Shown here: positions 26,377 through 38,500 of the stretch, piece after piece
Numbering within the stretch: position 1 is the first letter of the stretch
Layout: the number at the start of each line of letters is the position of its first letter
Virus record (IMG/VR): IMGVR_UViG_3300035145_003993
Location: 1 to 64,000 of that record
Length of the DNA: 64,000 bases
Reading direction: 5' to 3' (one strand)
Notes under the pieces: generated by a model
Databases searched by the model: none
Told to the model about the DNA's origin: nothing
The model's input: only the letters and a program-made list of their open reading frames with translations
Program-made: the position numbers and the translations under genes

Positions 26377-29300
26377 TTACACTATTTCTGCTTCAATTAT
26401 ATAAGAAAAACTATCGTAAAAATCGCTGTCATATAAGCCATCAACATCAATAATTCTTTCTAAACCAATATCACTATTATTTGAATAATAAGACTTTAAA
26501 CTTTTCTTAATATCATCTCTTCCAATATAAATAGAAAAAATATCATAATATTTATTAAATACAAAATTTTCAATAACTTTTTCTTGATTAATAAATTGAC
26601 TAATCTGTTTGAAAAAATCGACAAAATAAGATTCATTATTGACAATATCTATTTTTCTAAAATTTTGATTTAAAATATCTATTATATTTTGTGCCTTTTC
26701 ATAAGACTCAGAAAAAGTTTCAACAAAATCTTTTTGTGACATACTTTCAAAATACGCTGTAACAAAATTATTTGACGAATCAGAATTATCTAAAAAAGAC
26801 TTGATATTATTTTCGTCGATATATTTTTGACTTCTATAATTTGTATATTTAATAGCATTTGAAAAAATTGCGTCTTTTACAATCTTTATTGAATTTTTAT
26901 CAACACCTTCAGATTCAATATTAATTAAATCTTCTTCACCTCTAAATAATCTTTCACTATTAACATTTATTAAAACATTATCTCTTATAAATGCAATAGC
27001 TTCTTCAAAACTTAAAATATTATATCTATTCCTAATATCATTTTGATCAACATCATAAACACCAACAAAATCATCTATAAATATTCCATCATAATCATTA
27101 GGGATTCTTTGTAATAATTCTAAATGAGAAGGGGTTATATCTGTTAACATAGGTGTATAAAATTTATACATTGGAGGAATAAAAATATTAGGATATTTGT
27201 GATTTGAAATATGTATTTTAAACTTTAATAATTTATTATTAGATAAAACATTTGCAAAATCAAAGTCTATCCCGAATCTCATAATATCATATCTTAAGTT
27301 TAAAATATTTAAAAGTCTTGATCCTTGTAATGCTAAAGAACTTTTGTTTTCTTCTTTCCTTATCATTGTACTGAAAAATGCACCTGGGATATTATTTGTT
27401 TTATTTATTAAACTATCAAAATGATCTTCAAAGTTTTGATTTAAGTCTGAATTTATTTGTTGAAATACTTTCTGGAATTCTGTATCTTGATAGAAAAAGT
27501 AATCATTCATTTTTTTTGAAATTGTATTTAATCTTATATCGTTTTCAATAGTTTGGTTCAAATTTAAAATACCTAAATCTTCTAAATTTGATAAACTATT
27601 TTTTATATCTACAAAAGGCTCAGTTTCAGAACTAAATTTTTCAAACTGAGTAAAGTAACTCATAATCGAATCAATTGACATAATTTCCATAATGTCAGAG
27701 TTATTTAATATCTTTTGAATATTTAAAATTTGAGAATAAAAATTAGTAAAGAAAACGTCATCGTTTTCAAATTCAGTAGGAATCTCTTTTTCAAATTCAT
27801 ATTTTTTACTATTAGAAACATTATTTAATTTATCAAATGAAAGTAAATTATAAACTTCCTTGTCCCAAAAACAACTCCAATTAAAATCATCATCTTTTAT
27901 TAATATTTTTGAAATATTTTTCCTAATTGAAGATTCAACAACTAAGTCAAATACTGAGCTATAGATATGACAAGAAGTTTTTAATAAATTAATAATAATT
28001 TTTATATCTTGAGAATTCTCATTAACAAATTTTAATGCGTCTTCAATATCTTCTATATTATCTAGCTTATTTTCAAAATCGTTGTCTAAAAACTTTAACA
28101 TGTCAATAATATTATTATTAATAAATTCTTTAAAGTAAGGTTGTTCTTCAAGATTACCTAAAGCATAATCTTTAAATGATACACCATAACGATGATAATT
28201 TAAAGTATTTTCTATATCGTTAATTGTTTTTTCTTGATTGTTATTAATATCGTCAAATGTATTTGTAACATTGTCAATTAAATATCTAAAATCTGTGTCT
28301 TGATTAAAATAACCATTTTTTGTAGATTTTGTATTTCTAAGAATATTAAAGATAGAAACTTCATTTTTATCAAAATTATATAGAGTTTTATTATCGAAAT
28401 CTTGTCCTAACGAAACTTCAGAATTCTCTAAATAAGCATCATAGTTATAAAAATTTGAATAGATATATTCATATAAACCTTCAACAGATTGTTCAGATCC
28501 TGTAGAAGAAAAATTATTTTTGTCTACAATGTAGAATCCTTTTTCATCTTCTAGATCATATGCAGAACAATAACCACCACCATATGTAACATTATAATCA
28601 TATTTACTTGTTACAAATGGAAAACAAAAAGTGCAAGAACTTCCAGGAAGAATTCCAAAGTCAAAGCAATGATTATTAATGAAAGCTTTAAATCTTTTTG
28701 GTAAGCCGTTTGAAAATGTTTCTTTTTCTTCATTACCAGGAAAAGCGATATTTGTTGGATTTATTTCAGTATTAGCTGATCTACCTTGGGTATCACTTGA
28801 ATTATTATCATATAAATGACTTGTTAACTTAATATCAGGAAAATCAACAACTCTTAACGTATAGCTTTTTTGTTTTTTCACATTTTTAGTAGAATAAACA
28901 TCTTGAATATAACTTAAAAAAGCTCCATCAGTCTTATCATTAATTCTATTAAAGTTATCTTCAACAGTAATATTTTTATGTTTTAATAACGCTGATATTG
29001 CTAAACACTTACCGATATCTGGATTATCTGAGTCTATTATTGCATCACTTAAAAGTTTATCGTATCCATTATAATAACCTGACCAGTTGTTTGAAATAGA
29101 TTTATTAAAAACATTATAATGTAAATTCCATAAAATAAAATTAAAATAAGAAGTTGATGTTTGAAATTGACTGTTTGTAAAATATTTAGAAGCAAAATCT
29201 TTTATATTTTGACTATTTATTTGAAAACTTTGTGGGTTATTTACTTCAATATTAGTTTCAATAGAATTTTTAACGTTATTATAATCTTTTGAGAAATTAA

Positions 29301-31881
29301 ACTTTGTGTATTTATCTTCACCTTGAGAAACAATGAAGTCACTATTTTCTAATGTATCTAAAGAATTTTTGAATAAATTAGAGTAAACTAAAGATACATA
29401 AGGCTCATTGTTTAAAACTTTATTAACATTTTTAGCTTTAAATTTGTATGATTTTAAATAATCCAAGAATGCATTTTCGTTTAAATAACTTAGTTTTTTA
29501 TTTTTTAAATTAAAAATATTTCTTCTTAAATTAAAAGCCAATTTTTCCCATTTATTATTTTTAACACCTTCTAATTTTAAATCATCTGTAATGTAAGAAA
29601 TATTATCTTTGTTGTTTTTTTGAGAATAAGTAATAATTCTATCATTTAAAAATTCATTTTCCTTTGTAAGACTATCATCTAAACTTATAAATTTATCTTT
29701 GATTTTGTTAATATCTAATTCATTCATAGTATTTTTAAATAAAACAAAACCTTTTGTTAATTCTAAATCGTTTTTATGATTTCTAAATTCATTTTCTATC
29801 AAAGATTCATAGTCTGTGTCATTTTGAAAAGTTTTAGTAGATTCTCCTTTAATATAATTTAGCACAAAATCTTTTAAATTTTCATTATATTCTAATTGAG
29901 TATTACCATCATTAAACATAGTCAAATGATTTTTTTTATTAAATAAACTTCTTGAGTCTTCTTCATAGTAATTTCTAAAAATATTAGTAAATAAATTAAT
30001 ATTTGTATCACTAATAAATTTTCTATTTTTTGTAGTATTGTTTAATCGATCAAATTGATACGAATTCGCAGAGTGATAATTTAAGAAAGACATCTTTTTA
30101 GAATTATATTTACTTATAGAAACACTATTTGTTTCAACATCATCTTGGTTTATTAATACCTTTTCGTTGTAATTATAGTTTTTATCTCTATAAACTGTAA
30201 AAGAAAATTTCGGACTAGAAAGAATTCTTTGCGCATTATTTGTTATATTAATATTTTCAAATAAATCTTTATTATCGTAAAAATCATGTTTTAAAAAATC
30301 AATATCAGACTCATATAAAACAAATTTTTTAAGATCACTAAGATCAAGTTTTGAATAATAAGCTAAATCAATATTAGTAAATAAAAATGAGTTAAAATAT
30401 TGATTTTTAAAAAATTTGTCACTAACTTCTACTTCCTCAGGATTAGCTTTTTTTGTTTTTTCATAATTATTTATAATATTAGTACTATAACTTTTTTTGT
30501 AATTATTATTAGTAGTTTCTGTAGATAGCAAAAATTTTCCGCAATTAAATAAATCATTTTCCAGAAACAAGCTAGTATTAAAAACATCAAAAGTGTTATC
30601 ATTTATAAACGATATTTTATTTTTTAAATCTTTTTTTAAATATGAAGTTGTTTGAAATGTGTTATCAAATCGAGACAGATTAAATACAACATCATCTTTT
30701 TGATAAATCTCATCGTTATTTAAATTATTAAAAATATTATTAGAATTGTTTTCAATTGATAAAATACTATTTATTTTTATTAATGGTATTTTATCAAAAT
30801 CTTTACTATCAATTATATCATATAAAATTTTATTGTTATTATTATTTGATAGTATTTTTTTAGACCAATATTCATAAGATATAGAGTCTTTGTAAAAACC
30901 GTTTAAAGAAACACTCGTATTTAAAATAATCTGAGATATAACTCTATCTGAATTTAGCAAAAATTTGTTGGTATCAATATTTTTTAAAAAGCTATCTTTA
31001 GAATTAGGTCTTGAGATCATCAGATCAAAAATTTTATCTAACTTTTCTCCAAAATATCCAAAAACTTCATTTCTTTCTCCTAAAATTAAATTTTCAATAC
31101 TATTGTTTGATATTTTATTATTTTGATGAGTATATTTGTGATTATATGCTATATTAAAATTAAAAATCGTATTAGCTAATTTTCCAAATGTATTTGATTG
31201 ATTATCATTTAAAAAAAACTTAGAAATTTTATTTCCAAAATTATATTTAATTTTTAATTGATCTTTTTGATTCAAAATAAAATCAATATCAGAATACATT
31301 CTTTTAAGAAGTTGATTATTTTCTTTTAAATCTTCTATGTAAACTTCTCTTAGTATTTCTCTATTTTCGCTATGTAGATAAAAGCTATTTGCATTGGAAT
31401 TTTGAATATTTTCTATATAGTCTTTTTTTAATCTATAAATAGTAGAAGGATGAAGACTAGACTCGTTTGTTTCGAAATCAATTAAATTTTTTACTTTTAT
31501 TAATTCGTGACTTAATACATTAGGAAATTTTATATTTCGAAATGAATCAGATGAGTTAGTCATTATTAATGATAAATTATTTTTTAAAAAGTCTGACGTT
31601 ATTCCTTGTTCTATAAAATCAAGATCTTCTGAAATGTTATTTTGAATAACTTCAGAAATACTTTCCTCCAATTCAGTTTTAAAATCCTCATTAGTGTTTG
31701 ATATAGTAGAAGAAATATTTTTCAATTCATTAGATAATATTGATAAGTTTGTTAATTTTTTATTGTTAATTATAACAGGATAACTTCCGATATCTATATT
31801 ATTATTTGTTGTAGTTGTACCACTATTTTGATTTGTTAGTGTGGAGAAAAAAGTTCCTATCGTCCCTATAGAAAAAGTCAT
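26377..31881 (-). CDS. very large Asn/Lys/Ile/Phe-rich hypothetical protein (baseplate block)
   Basis: Uninterrupted 1834-aa ORF; no recognisable domain. Confidence 0.8.
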   Translation of the reverse strand: MTFSIGTIGTFFSTLTNQNSGTTTTNNNIDIGSYPVIINNKKLTNLSILSNELKNISSTISNTNEDFKTELEESISEVIQNNISEDLDFIEQGITSDFLKNNLSLIMTNSSDSFRNIKFPNVLSHELIKVKNLIDFETNESSLHPSTIYRLKKDYIENIQNSNANSFYLHSENREILREVYIEDLKENNQLLKRMYSDIDFILNQKDQLKIKYNFGNKISKFFLNDNQSNTFGKLANTIFNFNIAYNHKYTHQNNKISNNSIENLILGERNEVFGYFGEKLDKIFDLMISRPNSKDSFLKNIDTNKFLLNSDRVISQIILNTSVSLNGFYKDSISYEYWSKKILSNNNNNKILYDIIDSKDFDKIPLIKINSILSIENNSNNIFNNLNNDEIYQKDDVVFNLSRFDNTFQTTSYLKKDLKNKISFINDNTFDVFNTSLFLENDLFNCGKFLLSTETTNNNYKKSYSTNIINNYEKTKKANPEEVEVSDKFFKNQYFNSFLFTNIDLAYYSKLDLSDLKKFVLYESDIDFLKHDFYDNKDLFENINITNNAQRILSSPKFSFTVYRDKNYNYNEKVLINQDDVETNSVSISKYNSKKMSFLNYHSANSYQFDRLNNTTKNRKFISDTNINLFTNIFRNYYEEDSRSLFNKKNHLTMFNDGNTQLEYNENLKDFVLNYIKGESTKTFQNDTDYESLIENEFRNHKNDLELTKGFVLFKNTMNELDINKIKDKFISLDDSLTKENEFLNDRIITYSQKNNKDNISYITDDLKLEGVKNNKWEKLAFNLRRNIFNLKNKKLSYLNENAFLDYLKSYKFKAKNVNKVLNNEPYVSLVYSNLFKNSLDTLENSDFIVSQGEDKYTKFNFSKDYNNVKNSIETNIEVNNPQSFQINSQNIKDFASKYFTNSQFQTSTSYFNFILWNLHYNVFNKSISNNWSGYYNGYDKLLSDAIIDSDNPDIGKCLAISALLKHKNITVEDNFNRINDKTDGAFLSYIQDVYSTKNVKKQKSYTLRVVDFPDIKLTSHLYDNNSSDTQGRSANTEINPTNIAFPGNEEKETFSNGLPKRFKAFINNHCFDFGILPGSSCTFCFPFVTSKYDYNVTYGGGYCSAYDLEDEKGFYIVDKNNFSSTGSEQSVEGLYEYIYSNFYNYDAYLENSEVSLGQDFDNKTLYNFDKNEVSIFNILRNTKSTKNGYFNQDTDFRYLIDNVTNTFDDINNNQEKTINDIENTLNYHRYGVSFKDYALGNLEEQPYFKEFINNNIIDMLKFLDNDFENKLDNIEDIEDALKFVNENSQDIKIIINLLKTSCHIYSSVFDLVVESSIRKNISKILIKDDDFNWSCFWDKEVYNLLSFDKLNNVSNSKKYEFEKEIPTEFENDDVFFTNFYSQILNIQKILNNSDIMEIMSIDSIMSYFTQFEKFSSETEPFVDIKNSLSNLEDLGILNLNQTIENDIRLNTISKKMNDYFFYQDTEFQKVFQQINSDLNQNFEDHFDSLINKTNNIPGAFFSTMIRKEENKSSLALQGSRLLNILNLRYDIMRFGIDFDFANVLSNNKLLKFKIHISNHKYPNIFIPPMYKFYTPMLTDITPSHLELLQRIPNDYDGIFIDDFVGVYDVDQNDIRNRYNILSFEEAIAFIRDNVLINVNSERLFRGEEDLINIESEGVDKNSIKIVKDAIFSNAIKYTNYRSQKYIDENNIKSFLDNSDSSNNFVTAYFESMSQKDFVETFSESYEKAQNIIDILNQNFRKIDIVNNESYFVDFFKQISQFINQEKVIENFVFNKYYDIFSIYIGRDDIKKSLKSYYSNNSDIGLERIIDVDGLYDSDFYDSFSYIIEAEIV

Positions 31882-31895
31882 GCCTGTAACCTTTA

Positions 31896-34556
31896 TTATT
31901 TAAGTGAAAATACAATATCAGATATTCTAGTATTATTATCTAGTAAATATGTTTTATTTGAAAAGTTGTTTTCTAAACTATAATCTTTTTTTACATAATT
32001 GTTTATATTAATTGTAGAAACAACTTTTTTGTTATTATTGATAATAATACATAATCTTTCAAAAACATTCATAAAGTATAAACTGTTATTCTCTCCCCAT
32101 AAATTTATTGCTTTATCAAAATCATCATCTGATATTCTTGAGAATTTTTCTTCAAAAGGACAAATAATTGTTAAAATGTTATCTTTATAATTATAGTAAA
32201 GATTATCTAAAACAATACTAAATCCTTCATCCAATAAAATTTTGTTCTTGTATGATTTGTTATTATTAATTTTGTCTAATTTTATTTTAGAAGAATCAAA
32301 TTCTAAAGTTAATAACATTGAAATATTGAATGATAAATTAGTATAATTCTTTTCTTTAAAAAAATCTTCTAAATTTAAACTAGCTATTACAAAGTCTTTT
32401 TTCTTTTTAAATATTTTAATGAAATTACTCTGTTTTTTATATCTTAAATAAGAAATATAATTTAAATTATTTTTGTCATTTTCTAATGATAAATTAAAAA
32501 GTTGTTTTCTATAATTAAAAATATTTGACTCGCTTAAAATTTTTCTAGATAGTAACTCTTCATCAAGTTTAACATTAGGAATTTGTCTATTAATGTTATT
32601 TCTATTTAAAGAAAAAGAACTTAAGTTTTTACTTTCAGATATATCAATTATTTTTTTATATATTTGTCTATCACTTGAATCATTATTATATAAATCTTTT
32701 GAAACTAATTTATTAATTTTACTAAATTTTCCAGGAAAAGACTTATTTAAAAAAGAAGAAACTTTTTCTTTTTCATCTTCATCGTCTATTTTATTTAATT
32801 TACCTAATTTACTTAATGAATTATTTGGTAAAGTCATTGATCTACAACTTATTGATGCATTTGCTTCTTCAGGAGAATAATTAGAATTTAAATTAATAAA
32901 GATATTTCCATTTTCATCTTCAGAAATTAAATTAGATACTGCTTCATAAGTAATCTCTTCAATTTTTTCATTTTTTAAATTAGTATAATTCTTTTTAATT
33001 TCTATAACCGAATTTTTAGAAATTTCTTCAAATAAATAATCATTACTATCGACGTTATACCCGAAATTTGATAAATTTGTCTTTGTGTTATATACTAATT
33101 TCTGATTAAGTTTAAATTTTAATTGGTTTGCTGAACTTATAAAATTATTAAAATCAATTAATTTATCGAACATTCTAGAAAAATCTAACTCTTCAGAAAA
33201 ACTGTCATCTTGTCTGACTATTTCTTCTGAAGTTAGTATTTCAACAGGATATATTTGTAATTTGTCTAATTTAATGATAAATTCTGTTTCTGTATTTACG
33301 AGTCCTCCTCGAGCATATAAAGTAGAATCTAAATCTTGATTGAATAATGTATCAAAATTAAATTCATTGTTTTTTGATGTAGTTATAATATTATCTTCGT
33401 TAAAATTAGATGTAGTGTATAATTTATTTATATTTTTAATTGTTCCTTGATTTATTATTTCTATAGTAATTCCTTTTTTAGTAAAACTTGTGGGAATAAA
33501 TGATAAATCTGGATTAGAAAAACTAATTGATAAAGATCTAAAATTTTCAATTAAAAAATCAGAAGTTTTAGTTTTAGGATTAATTAATTCACCGTCCAAA
33601 GTTAAAACTTTAATTTTGTCATGAAAGGCTTCACTAATAAATCTATCCTTAAATTTATCGAAATAAGTTTCATATAATCCAATAACTCTACTTTTTGAAA
33701 TAGTCTTAGTTTTTAAAAATTCATTTTCATTGTAAGAAAAATTTAAATCTAAATTAACTTCATCACCTTCAGAACTTAAAAAATAATTATATAAATCAAA
33801 CAATAAATCAAATTTATAATTTTCAATTAATTTTTTAGGTAAAGACGAAGAACTAAAATCGTATATATTGTTATTGAAATTAATGCTAACATTGATTTTT
33901 GATTTATCAAATGAATCTATATCATTTAAAAGATCACTATAAATTATTTTTGGACCTTTTTGATAAACAGACTTTAAGTCTGTTGTAATATCATAATTTC
34001 TAAAATCAATATCTAATGTGTTTCTTAAAAGATTAAATATTTCGTCTTGAAAATCTACAACTTTATAATCTTCTAATTTTACATTGCTATTTTGTGTATA
34101 TGAATAGTTCTCTATTATGTTTTTATTTTTATCTAAAAAATATATTTTTATCGTGTGAGGAATTTCTGAATTTGTAGACTCTCCGGTTGACGGGTCTCTT
34201 TTAATAACTCCTATTACAGATTTTATTGTATTTAAACTTACACCAAAAGTTAATTCTTCATAGACACTTTCATCATTGTTTGTCGAAATTGGATTGTCTT
34301 CATATTCATATTGTTTTATTTTTAAATAATCATTATTAAATATTTTATTTAAATAAGACGAAGAATATCCTTCTTGTGTTGAATTTAAATTCAAAAGATC
34401 TGAATTTTTAACGACACAAATTTTTATAAATCTAGAATTTTTATTTAATAAATTGTTTTTATTTACAGTAATGTTAAAATACAAATTATCACTATCAGAG
34501 ACAATATCTCCTGATGATGGACTTATATCAAACGATTTAATAATATTATTACTCAT
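31896..34556 (-). CDS. large hypothetical protein (baseplate block)
   Basis: 886-aa ORF. Confidence 0.8.
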   Translation of the reverse strand: MSNNIIKSFDISPSSGDIVSDSDNLYFNITVNKNNLLNKNSRFIKICVVKNSDLLNLNSTQEGYSSSYLNKIFNNDYLKIKQYEYEDNPISTNNDESVYEELTFGVSLNTIKSVIGVIKRDPSTGESTNSEIPHTIKIYFLDKNKNIIENYSYTQNSNVKLEDYKVVDFQDEIFNLLRNTLDIDFRNYDITTDLKSVYQKGPKIIYSDLLNDIDSFDKSKINVSINFNNNIYDFSSSSLPKKLIENYKFDLLFDLYNYFLSSEGDEVNLDLNFSYNENEFLKTKTISKSRVIGLYETYFDKFKDRFISEAFHDKIKVLTLDGELINPKTKTSDFLIENFRSLSISFSNPDLSFIPTSFTKKGITIEIINQGTIKNINKLYTTSNFNEDNIITTSKNNEFNFDTLFNQDLDSTLYARGGLVNTETEFIIKLDKLQIYPVEILTSEEIVRQDDSFSEELDFSRMFDKLIDFNNFISSANQLKFKLNQKLVYNTKTNLSNFGYNVDSNDYLFEEISKNSVIEIKKNYTNLKNEKIEEITYEAVSNLISEDENGNIFINLNSNYSPEEANASISCRSMTLPNNSLSKLGKLNKIDDEDEKEKVSSFLNKSFPGKFSKINKLVSKDLYNNDSSDRQIYKKIIDISESKNLSSFSLNRNNINRQIPNVKLDEELLSRKILSESNIFNYRKQLFNLSLENDKNNLNYISYLRYKKQSNFIKIFKKKKDFVIASLNLEDFFKEKNYTNLSFNISMLLTLEFDSSKIKLDKINNNKSYKNKILLDEGFSIVLDNLYYNYKDNILTIICPFEEKFSRISDDDFDKAINLWGENNSLYFMNVFERLCIIINNNKKVVSTININNYVKKDYSLENNFSNKTYLLDNNTRISDIVFSLK

Positions 34557-34557
34557 T

Positions 34558-35574
34558 TTACTCTATAACCAATGTAAACATATTAACGAAGCTATAATCA
34601 TTATTAATACTATAATATAGTCTTCTATTTTCTTCAGAGATTCTATCTTTAATATTTCTAGTCAAAAATAATTTTCCTATAAGATATACTTGTTTAAAAT
34701 TAAATTCTTTTTTATCATAAAATTCTCCTAATTTAACAAAAGAAAGTTTTTCTAATGTTTCTAAATTAGTTTGATCATTTTTAATTTTATGTAATTCAAA
34801 TAAAAACACATCTTCATCAATCATCTTTTCTTCATTTAGAACATAATCTAATTTAAACATTTTATTATTTTTTTCAAGAGTTTTAATTAATTCTACAACA
34901 AAATCTTCTTTATTACTTATTGAAGGGATTAATTCATTAATACTTAATCTCTTAAAAAGAATTTCAATATTACTTTTATTTAATTTATTTAATTCTTCTT
35001 GTGTAAAATCTTTAGAAGAGTTTTCTACTGGTAAAAATTTGTTTCTTGTTTTATCTTCAAATCTTTTATCTTGATGAACATATTCTAAATTAGTTATGTT
35101 TGTTGATAAATGTTTAACAGTAGGATATGAAGAAGTTCTTGTATTTTCACCGAAATCAAATTCATCTTTTTCATCTTTAAAATCAAAAAAAATTTCTCTA
35201 TTATCATTTTCATTTACAAGATTTTTATTATCAATTAACTTTAAATCAACCAAATGATCAGATAATGTGCTGTTTGACTCTTTATTAACAAATAATATGT
35301 TATTATCCAATTGATCAAAAGATATAACAGAAGACAAATTATATTCAGGATTTATAATGTTTGAAACATTAACATCAACTTCAAAAGGAAGGTAGTTTGA
35401 TAAATCAGAAACTTTAAAACTTTTGTTAGAATTAGTATTTTCATTATATACAATATTACTATCTGAGAATGTGTAATATTTAAAACTTAATGATCCTGAT
35501 GATAGTTTATCTCTTCCAAATTCTGTAAGTTTATAGTCAATAAGACGTTTATCTTTTTCTAAAAATCCTGCCAT
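34558..35574 (-). CDS. structural protein with N-terminal tail-collar-like half domain (paralogue of 23932..24693)
   Basis: MAGFLEKDKRLIDYKLTEFGRDKLSSGSLSFKYYTFSDSNIVY..LPFEV; GAGGA RBS. Confidence 0.65.
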   Translation of the reverse strand: MAGFLEKDKRLIDYKLTEFGRDKLSSGSLSFKYYTFSDSNIVYNENTNSNKSFKVSDLSNYLPFEVDVNVSNIINPEYNLSSVISFDQLDNNILFVNKESNSTLSDHLVDLKLIDNKNLVNENDNREIFFDFKDEKDEFDFGENTRTSSYPTVKHLSTNITNLEYVHQDKRFEDKTRNKFLPVENSSKDFTQEELNKLNKSNIEILFKRLSINELIPSISNKEDFVVELIKTLEKNNKMFKLDYVLNEEKMIDEDVFLFELHKIKNDQTNLETLEKLSFVKLGEFYDKKEFNFKQVYLIGKLFLTRNIKDRISEENRRLYYSINNDYSFVNMFTLVIE

Positions 35575-35587
35575 TATTTCCTCTTAT

Positions 35588-38500
35588 CTAAACATCTTTA
35601 AATAATAACTCACTATTATTATAATAAGCATTTTTATGTATATTATAACTATTTATAAGATGACCTTCTTCGATAGAGAAATTTTCTATTAAGACACCTG
35701 AATTAATATCATCTTTATAGATTGTTTCATTATTACTTAATCCTTTCGAATTAAGACTAATTTTTACTTCAACAATATCTGAAGAAAGAGTTTCATTCAA
35801 AACTTCAGCAACTATATCAATTTTAAAATCTTTGTCTATACCACTATTAGATAGAGAACTATAATATATTTGAGGTGTAGAATCATTTATTTCATTTATT
35901 CCTCTCACAAATAAGTTTACAAATTCTCTCTTTTGTATTTGTAAATCACTTGGGTAAACAATTTCATAATCAAAATTTGAACTAGCTGATTTTTCAAAAC
36001 CCGAAACAATACTATTAGGAATATGGACAATTAAAGTTTCTTTTCCATTGTTATCAAAATAATAATCGGAAACTGACTCAAATCTAACATCATTATTATA
36101 TAAATCTTCTTTAGCAAGAAACATTATATTAACTTCGTTATATTTATTATCTTTAATAGAAACATTTAATATTGAAGTTCCTGAGCTTTTTCCATTACTT
36201 GAAGTCATAATATATTCTTTTAAGTAATTATTACCTTTAAAAGTATCAAGTTTAGAAAAGTCAAACTTAATTTTACCTGAAATTGTCGCAGGAGTTTTTT
36301 GTTTAAAAAATCCTAACATAAATCTTTTATTAACATTGAAATAATCACTGTCATCAAACTGATGAATTCTATTATGATTCATTCTATCAAAGAAAAATCC
36401 AAAATGATATTTATTATAAAAGTGTTTATACAATCTAAAATCTTCAGATTCTTTTTCTTTATAAATTTCCGAATTTATTTTTGACATTATTGTATCATGA
36501 AAAGTGAAAAGTGGAGAACTGTTACCACTTTCATAATATTTAATACCTGTATCTTTTATATATTTACCAACAGAAAGATTAGGGATTTCTGAAAAGTTTC
36601 CTAACCTTGTCTTATTATAGTTTGAATAAACATATTCGTCTTGTCTATAAGAATTATTTAAAGTAAAACCGTCTAAAGATGTATTTCTAGTTGCATCTTT
36701 AAACCAATAATCATAAAAATTATTTTCTAAATATCCTAAATTACTTCCATGATTATCATGTATTTCATTAAATGAATATCCAACTCTTTTCGAATTTCTA
36801 TAAGATTTTACTGTTTTGTTTTTTAAAATTTTTTCTTTATCGTCTTCTAAGTAATATCCAATTAAATGAAGCTTAAAAGGATATTCTTCACTCGAAGAAA
36901 TTTTAACTAAATCTTCACCAAATCTTAATTGATTACTTGGTATATTGTAATCTTCTTGAGTTGAAAATCCATTTGACAAAGAAACTCCAAGAATTAATTC
37001 ATCACTTGGTAATAAAATATAATTTCCTTCTTTATAATCATTTTCATTTATTAAAACATCTAGATTGTTTACTTGAATAGTTTCCTTAGATTCTAAATTG
37101 TTTAATAATTCTCCAGGTATAGATCTACATGAATTAGTGTCTAAATTAGTTTTATCACTTGATGTTTTTTCTGGTAAGATTTTAAAAGAAGACATTTTTG
37201 GCAAATTTTTATTTTGATAAAAATTCTTTATAGGTGCTTCGACTTTTATTTTTTCGTTTGTATAGATAATCTCTGAAACATTGTCTTCGTCTTGTTTTTG
37301 ACGCTGAGTCCAATCCATAACAATATCAGAAATATTTAAAAGTTTATTATAATTTAATTTATAACTATCAGGGTTTCCCCAATTTGAATAATTTGTAACT
37401 GTTATTGTAGTTATAATATCTCTTTGTTGAGTTTGATTCTCTATTTCATCAATCCCTTGAATTAAATTATTTTTTATAAAACTGCTTTCGTGAACTGAGT
37501 CTCCTAAGACGCTTCCATGTAAAGACATATCCTGAATATCACCTTCAGAATAAGTGTTATTATTTTGTTTATTATTCGTTGTGTAAACAGTATCGTTAGA
37601 ATAATCAACAGGTATATTATAATTTAATAAATTATTACTATTTCCTAAGTAATTTGTTTTAATTGAACTTTTTAGTGTTTCTTTGTTTAAAGAGTCCTTT
37701 TGATTTAATAGAAAGAAATTAACAAAATTAACACAAGGTAATTGAGCAATTTGATTAGTAGTATTCATTACTGACCAGTTACTCATCGTAAATTCTAAAC
37801 ATACTTTTTCAAGAACAAAAGGTTTATTTATATAATCTGAAGCCTTTATTTTATGTCTTTCTTGAGCTTTAAATTTGCTGTTAAATGGAAAACCAAAATT
37901 ATGTATAGGAATACTTCCAAATTTAGACTTAGTATCATCTAATAATGATTCGTAAACAGATATACCATTAAAACATATTGGAGATTTAGTTAAAAAGTTT
38001 TCTAAGCTACTTTTGTAATCTTCCGAAACGTTTCCTAAATAATCATAAGGTCCAAAATTATTTTTTATATACTTAGGATTGTAAAAATAAGCAGTATTAC
38101 CATTAAAAGAATAATATGAAGTATTATCTGGAAAAGTTATTTCTCTCGTATCACCTTTTTTACTAAAAGAAAGATACAAATCGCTATTATTACTTTTGTG
38201 TAAATCATAATCAATTGTTATTGTATGATATTTATCTCCACCTTTTATAGAAGATGTTTTTAAAAGGTCAACGTTTTCATCATATGAAGACTTTTTAGTT
38301 TCTAAATAATTTTCATTAAGCATTCTATCATGTATTGCTGGATTTAAAACAGATGTTACATGTTCAATTGTTTGTCCAAGACCAGGAATTGTATTTGGCG
38401 TCGACAATAATTTGTTTTGATTATTAAATAATGTTCCTGATTTAAAGTATTTTTCTTCAACTTGAAACGATGGAAGAACTTCTGAAGATTGTAAAAAGTT

